Part shown: piece after piece, positions 1-11,585 of the stretch | Numbering within the stretch: position 1 is the first letter of the stretch | Layout: each line of letters begins with the position of its first letter | Origin: the human T2T-CHM13v2.0 reference genome, Homo sapiens | Reading direction: 5' to 3' (one strand) | Assembly: GCF_009914755.1 (NCBI RefSeq) | Contig: NC_060927.1 | DNA length: 64,000 nt | The notes under the pieces: model-generated | What the model was told of the DNA's origin: nothing | The model's input: the letters and a program-made list of their open reading frames with translations, nothing else | Databases searched by the model: none | Position numbers and translations under genes: made by a program

Positions 1-476
1 TCTCCCAGTTGTGATTATTCTGTTTGTAGAGGTCCTGTACATCTTTTCTAAGCATTTAATGATTTTTGATGCTATCGCCTATAATATCACTTCTTAAGTT
101 TATTTTCTAGTTGGTTTTTGCTGCTATGTAGAAATACAATTTATTTTTATATATTGACTTTATAGCCAACATTCTTTTAAAACATTAATTCTAAGAACTT
201 ATTTGTATAATATTTTGTATTTTCTACATACACAATTATGTCATCTGCAAATAATGATAATATTATTTCTTCCTTTCTAAACATTATACCTTTTATTTTT
301 CTTGCCTTATTCCATTGCCCAAGCACCCCCAATACAATGCTGAAAAGTAGTAATAGAGGGCATCCATGTGTCATTGTACATTTCAGAGGGAACTTTTTCA
401 AGATTTTATCATATGTTATCATACTTTCTGTAGGTTTTTTGTAGATGCGTCTTCTCAGTTTAAGGAAGTTCCCTCC

Positions 477-876
477 TGTCTTAGTCTTTTCAGGCTGCCA
501 TTTAAAAAATGCTACAGACTGGGTGTCTTAAACAACAGAAATTAATTTTCTCATAATTCTGAAGCCTGGAAGTCTGAGATCAGGGTGCCAGCATGGTCAG
601 GTTCTGAGAAGGGTTTTCTTCCTGGTTTTCAGACTGCCGTCTTCTCACTGTGTCCTCACATGGCCTTTCCATGATGTGTGTATGTGGAGAAAAAGAGAGC
701 AAGCTCTCTGGTATCTCTTCTTTAAAGGGGACTATTGCCACCCTGAAAGCCCTACCCTTATGACCTCATTTAACCCTTATTACCTTCCGAAGACCTAATC
801 TCCAAATACCATCACGTTGGGGGATAGGACTCCAACATATGAATTTCAGAGGGACACAAACATTCCATCCATAACA
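477..876 (-). mobile_element. MaLR solo LTR (MLT1A-like)
   Basis: TG...CA ends (tgtcttagtc...atccataaca) and typical MLT1A text (gactgggtgtcttaaacaacagaaatt, ggaagtctgagatcagggtgccagcatgg). It splits the L1 motif aggaagttccct/tatttctggtttgctg. Confidence 0.85.
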
Positions 877-1173
877 CCGCTTATTTCTGGTTTGCTGAAA
901 ATGTTTAACATGAGTGGGTGTTGAATTTTATCCACTGCTATTTCTGGACCTATTAAAATTACCACATGATTTTTCTCCCAATTATTTCACTAATGTGATG
1001 ATTTAAAAGAAATAATTTTCAAATATTAAACCAGCCTTGCGTTACTGAAATAAGCTCAGCCTGGTCATAATATATTACCTTTGTAAGCATTCCTAGATTT
1101 GGTCTGCTAATATTTTGCTTGGAATTTTTGTATCTATGTTCCCGAGAAAAAGAGGAAAGAAATAAACAAGGAA

Positions 1174-1176
<3 letters not shown>

Positions 1177-1226
<50 letters not shown>
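1177..1226 (+). repeat. (GA)n microsatellite
   Basis: Seen directly. Confidence 0.97.
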
Positions 1227-1229
<3 letters not shown>

Positions 1230-1708
1230 TGCTCTATAATTTTATTTTTTATAATATTCATATTAAGTTTTGATATCAAGGCTTCATGTAATGTCTTAGA
1301 AAGTTTTCCCTCTTTTCTGTTGTTTTAGGAGGATTTTGTGTAATTTGGGGTTTATTTCTTCCTCAAAAATTTGATAGAATTTGTTGATGAAGCCATCTAG
1401 GCCTGGTGTTTAAAACTATAGATCCAGTCTCTTTAATAAATGTAGTACTATTTAGATTTTTTAAATTTCCTCTTGGTTAGTTATACTTTTCTAAGACTGT
1501 ATTCTTTATCTGATTTTGTATTGGCATAATACTGTTTATAATCTTTTAATTTGTCAGTTTTACATCTGTAAGATCTGTAGTATTGTCCTGCTATTGAGTA
1601 GGTATACCTTCTCTCTCCCTTTTCTCTCTTTTAAATCAATCTTACTTTCTATAGATTTAATTTTCTTTTTCTTTTCTAACTTCTTGAGGTAGATGCTTAA
1701 ATACTTAT

Positions 1709-1758
1709 TTTTAATCTTTATTCTCATCTAATATTTTAATCTTTATTCTCATCTAATA
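1709..1758 (+). repeat. Perfect 25-bp tandem duplication
   Basis: ttttaatctttattctcatctaata at 1709-1733 and 1734-1758. Confidence 0.95.
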
Positions 1759-2371
1759 TATATATCAATTTCCCTCAAAGCATAGTTTTAGTTGAATCCA
1801 CAACTTTTGATATGTAGCATTTTTATTATCCTTCAATTCAAATATTTTCTAATTTCCAGAGTGATTTCTTCCTTGACCCCCCCCCCCGCACATTTAGTAG
1901 TTTATTGTTTAACTCCTAAATTTTGTGAATTTTTTAGCCTTGTTATTGTTATTGACATCTAGTATATATCCAGTGTAGTCAGAGACAATGCTTTGAATTT
2001 TTTTGTTTTTTTGCTTTATACTTTACTATACATCAATTGGAACAAATGTTCCATGTTCACTTGAAAAGAAAGTAGTTTGGGGGTGAAATGTTCAGTTTGT
2101 TAATTGTATTTAAATCTTCTGTTCATATTTTTTGTCTGCTTGTTCTATCAGTTACTGAGACAGGTATGTTGAATTATTCCACCATGATTGCAAATTTGTC
2201 TATATCTTCTTTTAATTTTGTCAATTGTTACTTTATATATTTTTCATGCTATGTCATCAGGTGCATACAAAGTCAGAATTTTAAATCTTTTGGTGAGTTG
2301 AAACTTTTATTATTATAAAATTCATAAGCATGTTGATATCTTATTTCTTGGTCATGTTTGTGAATGGCTTC

Positions 2372-2431
2372 CTTTTTTTGGGGGGGCGGGGGTGGGGGAC
2401 AGAGTCTTGCTCTGTCACCCAGGCTGGAGAA
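2372..2431 (-). mobile_element. Extremely 5'-truncated Alu (about 30 nt of the 3' end plus tail)
   Basis: gacagagtcttgctctgtcacccaggctggag preceded by a T/G-run tail. Flanked by aatggcttc at 2363-2371 and 2432-2440. Confidence 0.85.
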
Positions 2432-2671
2432 AATGGCTTCATTTTAAAAAGATATTCTCACTGAGTATAAAATTCTAGGTTGACAGCAAAGTTCTTTCAG
2501 TGTCTTAAAAACATAATTACTCTGTGTGCTGGCTTTCATTTTTTCTTTTGAGAAAACAGCTATCTTATTTTTGCCTCTTAAGGTAATATGGTTTTTTTCT
2601 TTCTGCTTTTAAGATTTTTCTCCCTCAATTGGTTTTCAGTTCTTTCACTATTATGTGCTTTGGGGTGGTTG

Positions 2672-3084
2672 TGATATGATTTGGATGGTTTGTCCCCTCC
2701 AAATCTCGTGTTGAAATGTGACCTCCAATATTGGAGGTGTACCTAGTGGGAGGTGTTTGGGTCATGGGGACAGATCCCTCATAAATGGCTTGGTGCTGTC
2801 TTTGCAGCAATGATCAAGTTCTCACTCTACAGGTTCACACAAGGGCCAGTCGTTTAAAAGGGCCTACCATATTTTTCTTGTCCCTGCTCTTGCCATGTGC
2901 TGTCCTGGCTCCCCCTTTATCTTATGCCATGATTAGAAGCTTCTTGAGCCCTCATTAGATGCAGATTCCAGTGTCATACTTCCTGAACAGCCTGCAGAAC
3001 CATGATCCAAGATAAACCTCTTTTATTTAAAAATTACCCAGCCTGAGGTTTTTCTTTAGAGCAATGCGAAAACAGCCTAACTCA
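2672..3084 (+). mobile_element. MaLR solo LTR (MSTB-like)
   Basis: tgatatgatttggatggtttgtcccctccaaatctc...aacagcctaactca with a perfect 5-bp TSD ggttg (2667-2671, 3085-3089). Confidence 0.92.
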
Positions 3085-3344
3085 GGTTGTCTTTGTAGTT
3101 ATTCTATGTAGTGTTTACCATGCTTGTTTAAAATGTGGCTTGATATCTTTTAATAGTTTAGAAAGTTCTCAGTCATTATCTTTTCAAATATTGCCACTTT
3201 CCTAGTTCATCTCTACTCTCTGTTCTACGAATGTATCTGATATACCTTTTATGCTTCTTTTCTATATTTTCCATTCTTTTGTCTCTCCATGCTTATCTGA
3301 TGTTTTTTCTTGAGCTGTCTTCCACTTCATAAATTCTTTCTTAA

Positions 3345-3688
<344 letters not shown>

Positions 3689-4429
3689 TTCTAAAATTTT
3701 TATTTGATTTTCTTGTATAGTTTTCAATTTCCTATTAAAATGCTTCATCCTGCCTTTTAATTTCTTGGACATATGGAACATAATTATTTTTAAACTTATG
3801 TCTGATAACTTCATTTTCCATATCTCCAGTATATTTATTTCTAGTATCTACTTTTTGTCGTGTCATATCTTCTCATCTCTCTCATTAATATTTTAAAGAT
3901 ATTTTGAAGCTTCTGATAACATTATCTTTCTTTAGTGACAAGTTACAATTGTTTCTGGCAAAAATTTAGGCTATGACCACCCCTGATCTCGTGTCACCTT
4001 GAAATGTGATGAACTAGGAAATAAATTTGTTCAAAGCTTGGCTTTAATCCCTGTAACCTAGTTCTGGGTTAATTTTACTCTAATAACACAGACTTTCTGG
4101 TTCACAAACCAATTTGGGTTATTATCAAGGTCTTGCCTCCTTGGTGGGCTCTGAGAGTCCTGAAAGCTTTGCACAACTTCTTGGCCTGTTTGCAATGCTT
4201 TTAGAATTGGCAAACACCTTGAAGGGGAGAGCCAAACAAATGTTGGACTCAGTTCTCTAGGTTTCTTCTTTCCCTAGATATTGGACCCACAAATCTTCAC
4301 TTTCTTGAGGGCTTCTTAAATGTTTTTTCTGGATTCAAAAAGTATATTTTGTCCTGTTTAACCAGTCATTCTCAGCAGGAAAATTGATCCTAAACAGCTT
4401 AGATTGCCATTTCAGGCAGTGTAAATTCC

Positions 4430-4650
4430 CATCATCTCTTGCCAATTTTATTACAATAGACTTAACTATTCTTCCTGCTTCCACCCCAACCCACTTCTGT
4501 CTATTCACACAACAGTCAAGGTGACTCTTTTGAACATCTGTCATATCATGCCATTTTTTCCGTTCTAAATCCTCTGATGGTTTCTTATCTCACTAAAAGA
4601 AAAGCTTAAAAAAAACTCTTTACTTACAAGGCTTTGCATGACTTACCTTC
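4430..4650 (+). mobile_element. L2 fragment
   Basis: cttcctgcttccacc...tctattcacacaacagtcaaggtgactcttttgaa...acaaggctttgcatgac resembles the L2 ORF2 3' region. Confidence 0.7.
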
Positions 4651-4669
4651 TCTCAGGGAACACACTCAT

Positions 4670-5820
4670 CAGAAGAAAGCCGGTAAGACAAAATAGAATT
4701 TCAACTAAAAGCATTATTAATGATAGATTGGCATTCCACATAATAATAAAAAGAGCAAACCCTTGAAAAGATATAACAATAATGAACTGTTATGTACCCA
4801 GCATCACAGCTTTAAAATGTTCCAAACAAAAAATGACAAATTACAAGTAAAAATTGGCAAGTGTACATTTTTAGAGTGATATTCTGAGACATTTCTTTTA
4901 GAAATGTATGGGTCAAGCAGACAAAACATTAACAGCATTATAAAAGATTTGAATGCCAAAATAATAAATTTTATCTAGGACACATAGGTTTCTTCTTTCC
5001 CTGGATATTGGACCCACAAACCTTCACTTTCTTGAGGGCTTCTTAAATGTTTTTTAAAAACATTAAAAAATAAGATAGCTGCTTTCTCAAAAGAAAAAAT
5101 GAAAGCCAGCACACAAAGGAATAGCAGATTAGACACAGATTAGGCACAACATCCTGTAAATAAAATAATGTCCAAGGGCATGGAACATTTATGAAAGTTG
5201 TCTATTTACTAGGTCACAAAGCAAATATCAAAAAATGTCATCAAATAGATATGTTACATGTCTCCAACCCATAATGCAATTGTTAGAAATGAACAACAAA
5301 AACACTTTTACAAAGTGTACATTAAAAGACTTTAAAATATAACCATAAATATTTTTGATTTAAGGCATAAATCTCTTGTAAATATAAAAATATTTTGAAG
5401 CTAAAATTTCTGAAAATACAAGAGTTGAGAGATCAAGAAGCTGGAAAAAACAGTAAATTCAATGAAGTTACAACAAAAGAAAAACCTGTAATAATGCTAA
5501 TTAGCTTGATTGTGGTAATAATTTCACAATGTATACATATACTAAATCATCATATGTACACCTTAAATGTATACGGTTTTTATTTGTCAGCTATACCCTA
5601 ATAAAACAGAGGAATAAAAAGAAATACAAGTAATAGAACAGATATCAATGAAATAAAAACAAAAACACTAGTGAGAATTGACAGAACCTGGTTTTTAGCA
5701 GGAGAGGTGGAGGGAGAGTGAGAGAGAGAGAGACAGAGAGGGGGGAAGGAGCACAAGCACATATTCAGGCACAAATAACATTAGGAATAAAAAGGAATCA
5801 ATTAAATATTATGGTAGAGG
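4670..5820 (+). mobile_element. Old L1 ORF2 endonuclease-region fragments plus a short L1M 3' UTR piece (about 5490-5610)
   Basis: catggaacatttatgaaagttg...ggtcacaaagcaaatatcaaaaaat; gattgtggtaataatttcacaatgtatacatat...taataaa. Confidence 0.7.
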
Positions 5821-6138
5821 TTTTTTTTTGTTTTATGTTTTTTGTTTTTTGTTTTTTTTGAGACAGGGTCTCGCTCTGTCACCAGGCTACAGTGCAGTGG
5901 CATGATCTTGGCTCACTGCAGTGAGCCTCCCCAGTTTAAGCAATTCTCCTGCCTCAGCCTCCTGAGTAGCTGGGATTACAGGCGCAGGCCGACAGGCCTG
6001 GCTAATTTTTTTGTATTTTTAGTAGAGACGGGGTTTCACCATGTTGGACAGGATGGTCTTGATCTCCTGACCTCGTTATCCGCCTGCCTCGGCCTCCCAA
6101 AGTGCGGGGATTACAGGCATGAGCCACCATGACCGACC
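5821..6138 (-). mobile_element. Alu (AluSc-like)
   Basis: Antisense dimer with ctgtcaccagg and ggatggtcttgatctcctgacctcg. Confidence 0.93.
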
Positions 6139-6165
6139 AAGATTATTAAAAAATAATAAATACTA

Positions 6166-7155
6166 TACTACTGTTTTCCATAATGGTTGTCCTAGTTTAC
6201 ATTTCCACCGGCAGTGTAGAAGTGTTCCCTATTCACTGCATCCACACCAACATCTATTATGTTTTGATTTTTTGTTATGGCCATTCTCGAGGGAGTAAGG
6301 TGGTATCACATTGTGGTATTGATTTGCATTTCCCTGATCATTAGTAATGTTGAGCCTTTTTTCGCATGTTTGTTGGCCATTTGTATATCTTCTTTCAAGA
6401 ACTGTCTATTCATGTCCTTAGCCCACTTTTTGATGGGATTGCTTGTTTTCTTCTTGCTAATTTGTTTGAGTTTTTTTGTAGATTCTGGGTATTAGTCCTT
6501 TATTGGATGTATATATTGTAAAGATTTTCTCTCACTCTATGGGTCGTCTGTTTACACTGCTGACTGTTCCTTTTGCCATGCAGAAACTCTTTAGTTTAAT
6601 TAAGTCCCAGCTATTTATTTTTGTTTTTATTGCATTTGCTTTTGGGTTCATGGTCATGAAATCCTTGCCTAAGCCAATGTCTAGAAAGGTTTTTCCAATG
6701 TTATTTTCTATAATTTTTATAGTTTCAGGTCTTCGATTTAAGTCCTTGCTCCATCTTGGGTTGAGTTTTGTATAAGGTGAGAGATGAGGATCCAGTTTCA
6801 TTCTTCTACATGTGGCTTGCCAATTATCCCAGCACCATTTGTTGAATAGTGTGTCCTTTCCCCATTTTATGATTTTGTTTGCTTTAAAGATTGGTTGGGT
6901 AAACATTTGGGTTTATTTCTGGGCTTTCTATTCTGTTCCATTGGTCTATGTGCCTGTTTTTATAACAGTACCATGCTGTTTTGGTGACTATGGCCTTATA
7001 GTATAGTTTGAAATCAGGGAATGTGATGCCATCAGATTTGTTCTTTTTGTTTAGTCTTGCTTTGGCTCTGTGGGCTCTTTTTTGGTTTCATATGAATTTC
7101 AGGATTATTTTTTCTAGTTCTGTGAAGAATGATGGTGGTATTTTGATGGGAATTG
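6166..7155 (-). mobile_element. L1PB ORF2, inverted 5' part of a twin-primed insertion
   Basis: ORF 6532..6906(-) contains [34 protein letters not shown], typical of L1 ORF2. Confidence 0.92.
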
Positions 7156-7772
7156 GGAAAACAGTATGGAGATTCCCTAAAGAACTAAAAGAAGGACTAC
7201 CATTTGATTCAGGAGTCCCACTACTGTGTATCTACCCAGAGGAAAAGAAGTCATTACATGAAAAAGACACTTGCACATGCATGTTTATAGCAGCACAATT
7301 TGCAATTGCAAAAATGCAGAACCAGCCCAAATGCCCATCAATCAATGGGTGGATAAAGAAACTGTGGTATATATACATGATGGAATACTACTCAGTCATA
7401 AAAATGAATGAATTAATGGCATTTCTAGCTACCTGGATGGGATTGGAGATTATTATTCTAAGTGAAGGAACTCAGGATTGAAAAACCAAACATCACATCT
7501 TCTCACTAATAAGTGGGAAGTAAACTACGAGGATGCAAATGCATAAGAATGATAAGATGGACTTTGGGGACTTAGGGGGAAACGGTGGGAAGGGAGCGAG
7601 GGATAAAAGACTATAAATTGAATTCAGCATATACTATTCAGGTGACGTGTGCACCAACATCTCACAAATCACCACCAAAGAACTTACTCATGTAACCAAA
7701 TACCACCTGTTTCCCAAAAACCTATGGGAATAAAATAAATAAATAAAATAAAGATGGAGAGAAAATAGAAAG
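7156..7772 (+). mobile_element. L1PB1-like ORF2 end, 3' UTR and A-rich tail
   Basis: KPKCPS..WIKKLWYIY.MEYY-like translation (ORF 7008..7481); 3' UTR aaatcaccaccaaagaacttactcatgtaaccaaataccacctg; (AAAAT)n tail. Confidence 0.92.
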
Positions 7773-7955
7773 AAAAAATAATAAATAAAATAAATTACTT
7801 AGGCTGATTTTATTGAAAACTTAGATGAAGTGAACATTTTTCTAGAAAAATATAAATTTCTGGATTGACTCATGAAGCAATAGAAACTCTTAATAAATTA
7901 ATAACCATTAAAAATACAATAGCTACAGTTAATATAAAGGATTAGTAACCATTAT

Positions 7956-8075
7956 AGCCAGGTGTGGTGGCTCTTTTCTGTAATCCCAGCACTTTGGAAG
8001 TCTAAGATGGGAGGATTACTTGAGGCCAGAAGTTGGAGTCCAGCCTGGACAACACAGAGAGGCCTCATGTCTAAA

Positions 8076-8078
<3 letters not shown>
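7956..8078 (+). mobile_element. FLAM / Alu left monomer
   Basis: gccaggtgtggtggctc...tgtaatcccagcactttgg...ccagcctggacaac, with no right arm. Confidence 0.85.
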
Positions 8079-8079
<1 letters not shown>

Positions 8080-8148
<69 letters not shown>

Positions 8149-8330
8149 ATTTACATATATATATTTATATATGTAATAGTATTAAATATTTATTTATATT
8201 AAATATTACATTTATAAATGTAAATAGTATTAAATATTACATATTAAATATGTAAATAGTATAGTAAATATATGTAAAATGTAAATATTTACACATATAT
8301 AAAATACATATATATATGTATACATCTATC

Positions 8331-8372
<42 letters not shown>

Positions 8373-8381
8373 CTATTTACA
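8080..8381 (+). repeat. Compound (TA)n(GA)n / AT-rich / (TA)n(GA)n low-complexity block
   Basis: (TA)18(GA)15 ctatttaca ... (TA)8(GA)13 ctatttaca. Confidence 0.95.
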
Positions 8382-8384
8382 GAG

Positions 8385-8878
8385 GATTAACCACTAGAGG
8401 GAATGAAAAAGAATTCTATAAAGAATGCTGTAGGGCTAAGGGAGAGTGCCCAAGGAAATAACAAACTTAAAAGGTGGTTGGGAGGGGGGACTTCCCCAGA
8501 CCTCACTGGAAAAGTTGTAGTTGCACTGGATGGAAAACAAGATTGCAGAGTTGATCCTGGTCAAAGCTGGTTCCCAGATGGCAAGCCCAAAGCTATCCTT
8601 AAGCTTTCAGGGTAGACTGTTCATGGACCTCTCTGGGAAGCTTGCCATAGCAGGTCTCCTGAACTCTCTGGGAAGTTAGTTAGAGTGACTGTGGAACTTA
8701 TCAGGAACATCCCCACTGGGACAGCTGCTGCACTTGCTGGAAGCCACCCTCACAGCAGGAGGGTGTCTAAAATTTTGGGGGGCTGAGCTCCACTAGGTGT
8801 ACAAGAGTACACCCACTGAGCACCACAAGAGTAAGAAGGAAGAAAAACATCCTGGAACAAGAAAAGAAGTTTGCCACA
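8385..8878. mobile_element. Possible ancient ERVL-type LTR remnant
   Basis: GC-richer island between L1 fragments, ending in ...gccaca. Family not recognised. Confidence 0.35.
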
Positions 8879-9278
8879 TTATTTATATTACCAAAAAGTT
8901 GAAAATATGTATATTAACAGTTAAATATAAAGTTAAAATGAATTCATCCTACATGTATCGACATAAATATATCACAAAATGTAGTTTTCAGTGAAAATTT
9001 GCAGAAGTTTTGTACAATATTATGCAATGTATAATAACTTTTAAGGCATGCAATACTATATACATGTATTCTGTGATAGTATGTGTGGGAATGTAGCAAA
9101 TTTAGAATGTTGATGGCCTTTGAAAAGAGTAAGAGGAGAATGGAAGTGGGAAAAAGTATAGAGGGACATTTAATTAAATGTAATATTTTATTAATTTATA
9201 ATAATTACTTGTTTAATGTTTCTCATAATCACTGCACTGGTCAAAAGCTTTGTTTTTCTTGTTCACTCCTGTTATAAT

Positions 9279-9397
9279 CATTAATGTAATAAATCATTTT
9301 TATTACAGTAATAAAATAATTTTTATTACAGTAATAAAATATGACATTAATGTAATAAAATCATTTATTACAGTAATAAAATAATTAATTTTATTAC
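9279..9397. repeat. Array of 19-bp palindromes
   Basis: ttttattac-a-gtaataaaa about three times, plus a half copy. Confidence 0.9.
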
Positions 9398-10460
9398 TTC
9401 TTAAAAGATATTATAAAAATGGGAAATATTGATTGAGTTGAGTAGTGAGTACTTAAATGTTTGATAATATTACCCTTTATAAATTGACTGGTCACAATAT
9501 ATTCTGAAGGGCAGATTTTAAAATCTGTTCAGCCCAAAATTTTCCAAACTTTTCTGACCCCAAATTTTCTTTTCAACAAAATACTCATTGATATTTTACT
9601 GAACCCTATTCCATATAGCACAGATTAGAGAAATGAAGATTTGCTCAAATGAAACAGGTTATACATAATTCAATCAGTAAATTTATGAGAAGGAATTAGT
9701 CTATTAAAGAAATCATTCCAGCTGAGTCTGATTTGTTAAATGATAAACATAGTTCTCCCAATGTTTGATTTTCAAGTCATACTTTATCAAGCCGTTTGTG
9801 ATACCTTAGCTCAAGCCTTGATTTTTCAACTGAAGAATCATTTGCAGTAGAAAATATTACAAAAGAAAAGTGTTGTGACCTATATGTCCATCCAATCCCA
9901 CCAATTTTCCTGATTCTACACAAGCTCAATCAGCTGTAACACCCTTTAATTATCCACTAAAATAGTCGTTTTCCAGTTCAAAGCATTCAAAACCTACAAA
10001 AGCTTATGTTTTGGGCAGTGATTGACAATACTCCTTTGGAGGTGGGGACCAGAGAAATGCAGCTAATTCTTCACTATTTCTTCTTATGGATGTCTTTGTA
10101 ATAGAAAAACATAAACTCAGATTTTGTAAATATCACTTGTCTAGTCAGGATGCTTGATTCTTAAGTAAATCAAGGAATTCATAAAAGCAATTTAAATAAA
10201 AATATACCATCAAATCACTGGCTGGTACCATTTGGTGTAATTTGCTGACCTCAATATTTGTCAGTTTTTCTACAAACACATAAATTTTAGTGCAATCTTA
10301 ATTTGTAAAATTGTAAGAAAACCTTGCCAGGGGTGACTACTTCAAGAATTGAAAATTGGCACTACATTTAAGCATTGAAAAGAATTATCTGTTCTCCCTT
10401 TAAGATCTGTCTTTCCATAAACAGGGTTAACTCTCTTTTTCTGGTGTCACAAAAATGTTC

Positions 10461-10462
10461 AT

Positions 10463-10505
<43 letters not shown>

Positions 10506-10506
10506 T
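10461..10506 (+). repeat. (ATTT)n microsatellite
   Basis: Seen directly. Confidence 0.95.
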
Positions 10507-10639
10507 TCAACAAAGTTTTCTTTTTATTTAATGTGCCAGATGTTGAATAGCTTTAAGCCAATATTGGTCAACTGAGCTCCTTTAATAAAAAATGACCAAT
10601 GAGGCAATAGAAGCTGTATGACTTTAGAACGGCAAGTCC

Positions 10640-10962
10640 TTTTATTCAATGAATATTTATTGAGCACCTACTATGTTCCTGACATAGTTCTGGGCATTAA
10701 TGATTATAACAGGAGTGAACAAGAAAAACAAAGCTTTTGAGTGCAGTGATTATGAGAAGCATTAAACAAGTAATTATTATAAAGCACAATGAGTATGACT
10801 ATAGGAGAAATACAACTTGATCTTTCAGAAGCTAACTGGCTTTTATTTATTTTAAAATTATGTTTTAGCACCTAATATTTGCTAGGCATTGTTCTAGGAA
10901 TTGGAGTACAGCAAGAAAATCATCAAAGTACCTGTTCTCACAGAGCTTGCGTTCTCATGGCA
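10640..10962 (-). mobile_element. Two L2 3'-end fragments
   Basis: attcaatgaatatttattgagcacctactatg...; agcacctaatatttgctaggcattgttctagg...cagagcttgcgttct. Confidence 0.75.
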
Positions 10963-11006
10963 GTCAAATCTGCAGCAGTAGTTTTTATCAGCACCATGCA
11001 CAAAAC

Positions 11007-11302
11007 CAGTATTTTCCAAAGAGTGATACTTTTACTGCCCATAGAACATGAGATAATGTAGGTGGTTATATAATAATAATAGTTATATACTTATATTTAT
11101 AATTATTTTTTATTCATAGCTTGTGATACAGGCTTTCTGTTTGTGGTAGTATATCTAATGATGCCTTTCTAACTGAATTTATTTAATTTTTTTAAAGCTG
11201 AGTTCAACGAAAAGTTATTTAGTAAGAATAGGGTGTATATCAATTTGGCAAAAAAAAAAAAAGTTATGGTGATGCACATATTACCAAAAATTGGGAAACA
11301 CA
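11007..11302. mobile_element. Degraded hAT-Charlie MITE
   Basis: TIR-like ends cagtattttccaaa ... ttgggaaacac. Confidence 0.5.
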
Positions 11303-11479
11303 AAATAAGATGTTATCTGGTTGCCAAAGGTATTATTCCATCACCCAAATTCTCAATATAAACTTTTTATTATTTTAAAGTGTTAATAGATATATGACAT
11401 AAACTCAATTTTGCGGCGGTGGGGGGTGGGGCGGGTAAGAAAGAAGACAGATTTAAAACATTCTTTACTCCCGTCTTTT

Positions 11480-11585
11480 GTAAACTGCTTGAAAGTGGGG
11501 AAAGTCTTATTTATAGTTCTCAACATACCTGTGCTTAGTAGGCACTAAATAAATGCTGCATAAAGGAATGAAAGAACTAATTAAT
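11480..11585 (+). mobile_element. L2 3' end
   Basis: tgtaaactgcttgaaag...agtaggcactaaataaatgctg...gaatgaa. Confidence 0.7.

Noticed and set aside
7008-7481. 157-aa ORF
   Set aside because: Artefact of antisense L1 joined to the sense ORF2 C-terminus across the inversion junction.
9279-9397. CRISPR-like look of repeated palindromes
   Set aside because: Primate DNA, spacers are tiny and themselves repeated, and there are no cas genes.
11413-11434. G-rich GC-box-like run
   Set aside because: No CpG island or promoter context; probably a mutated simple repeat.
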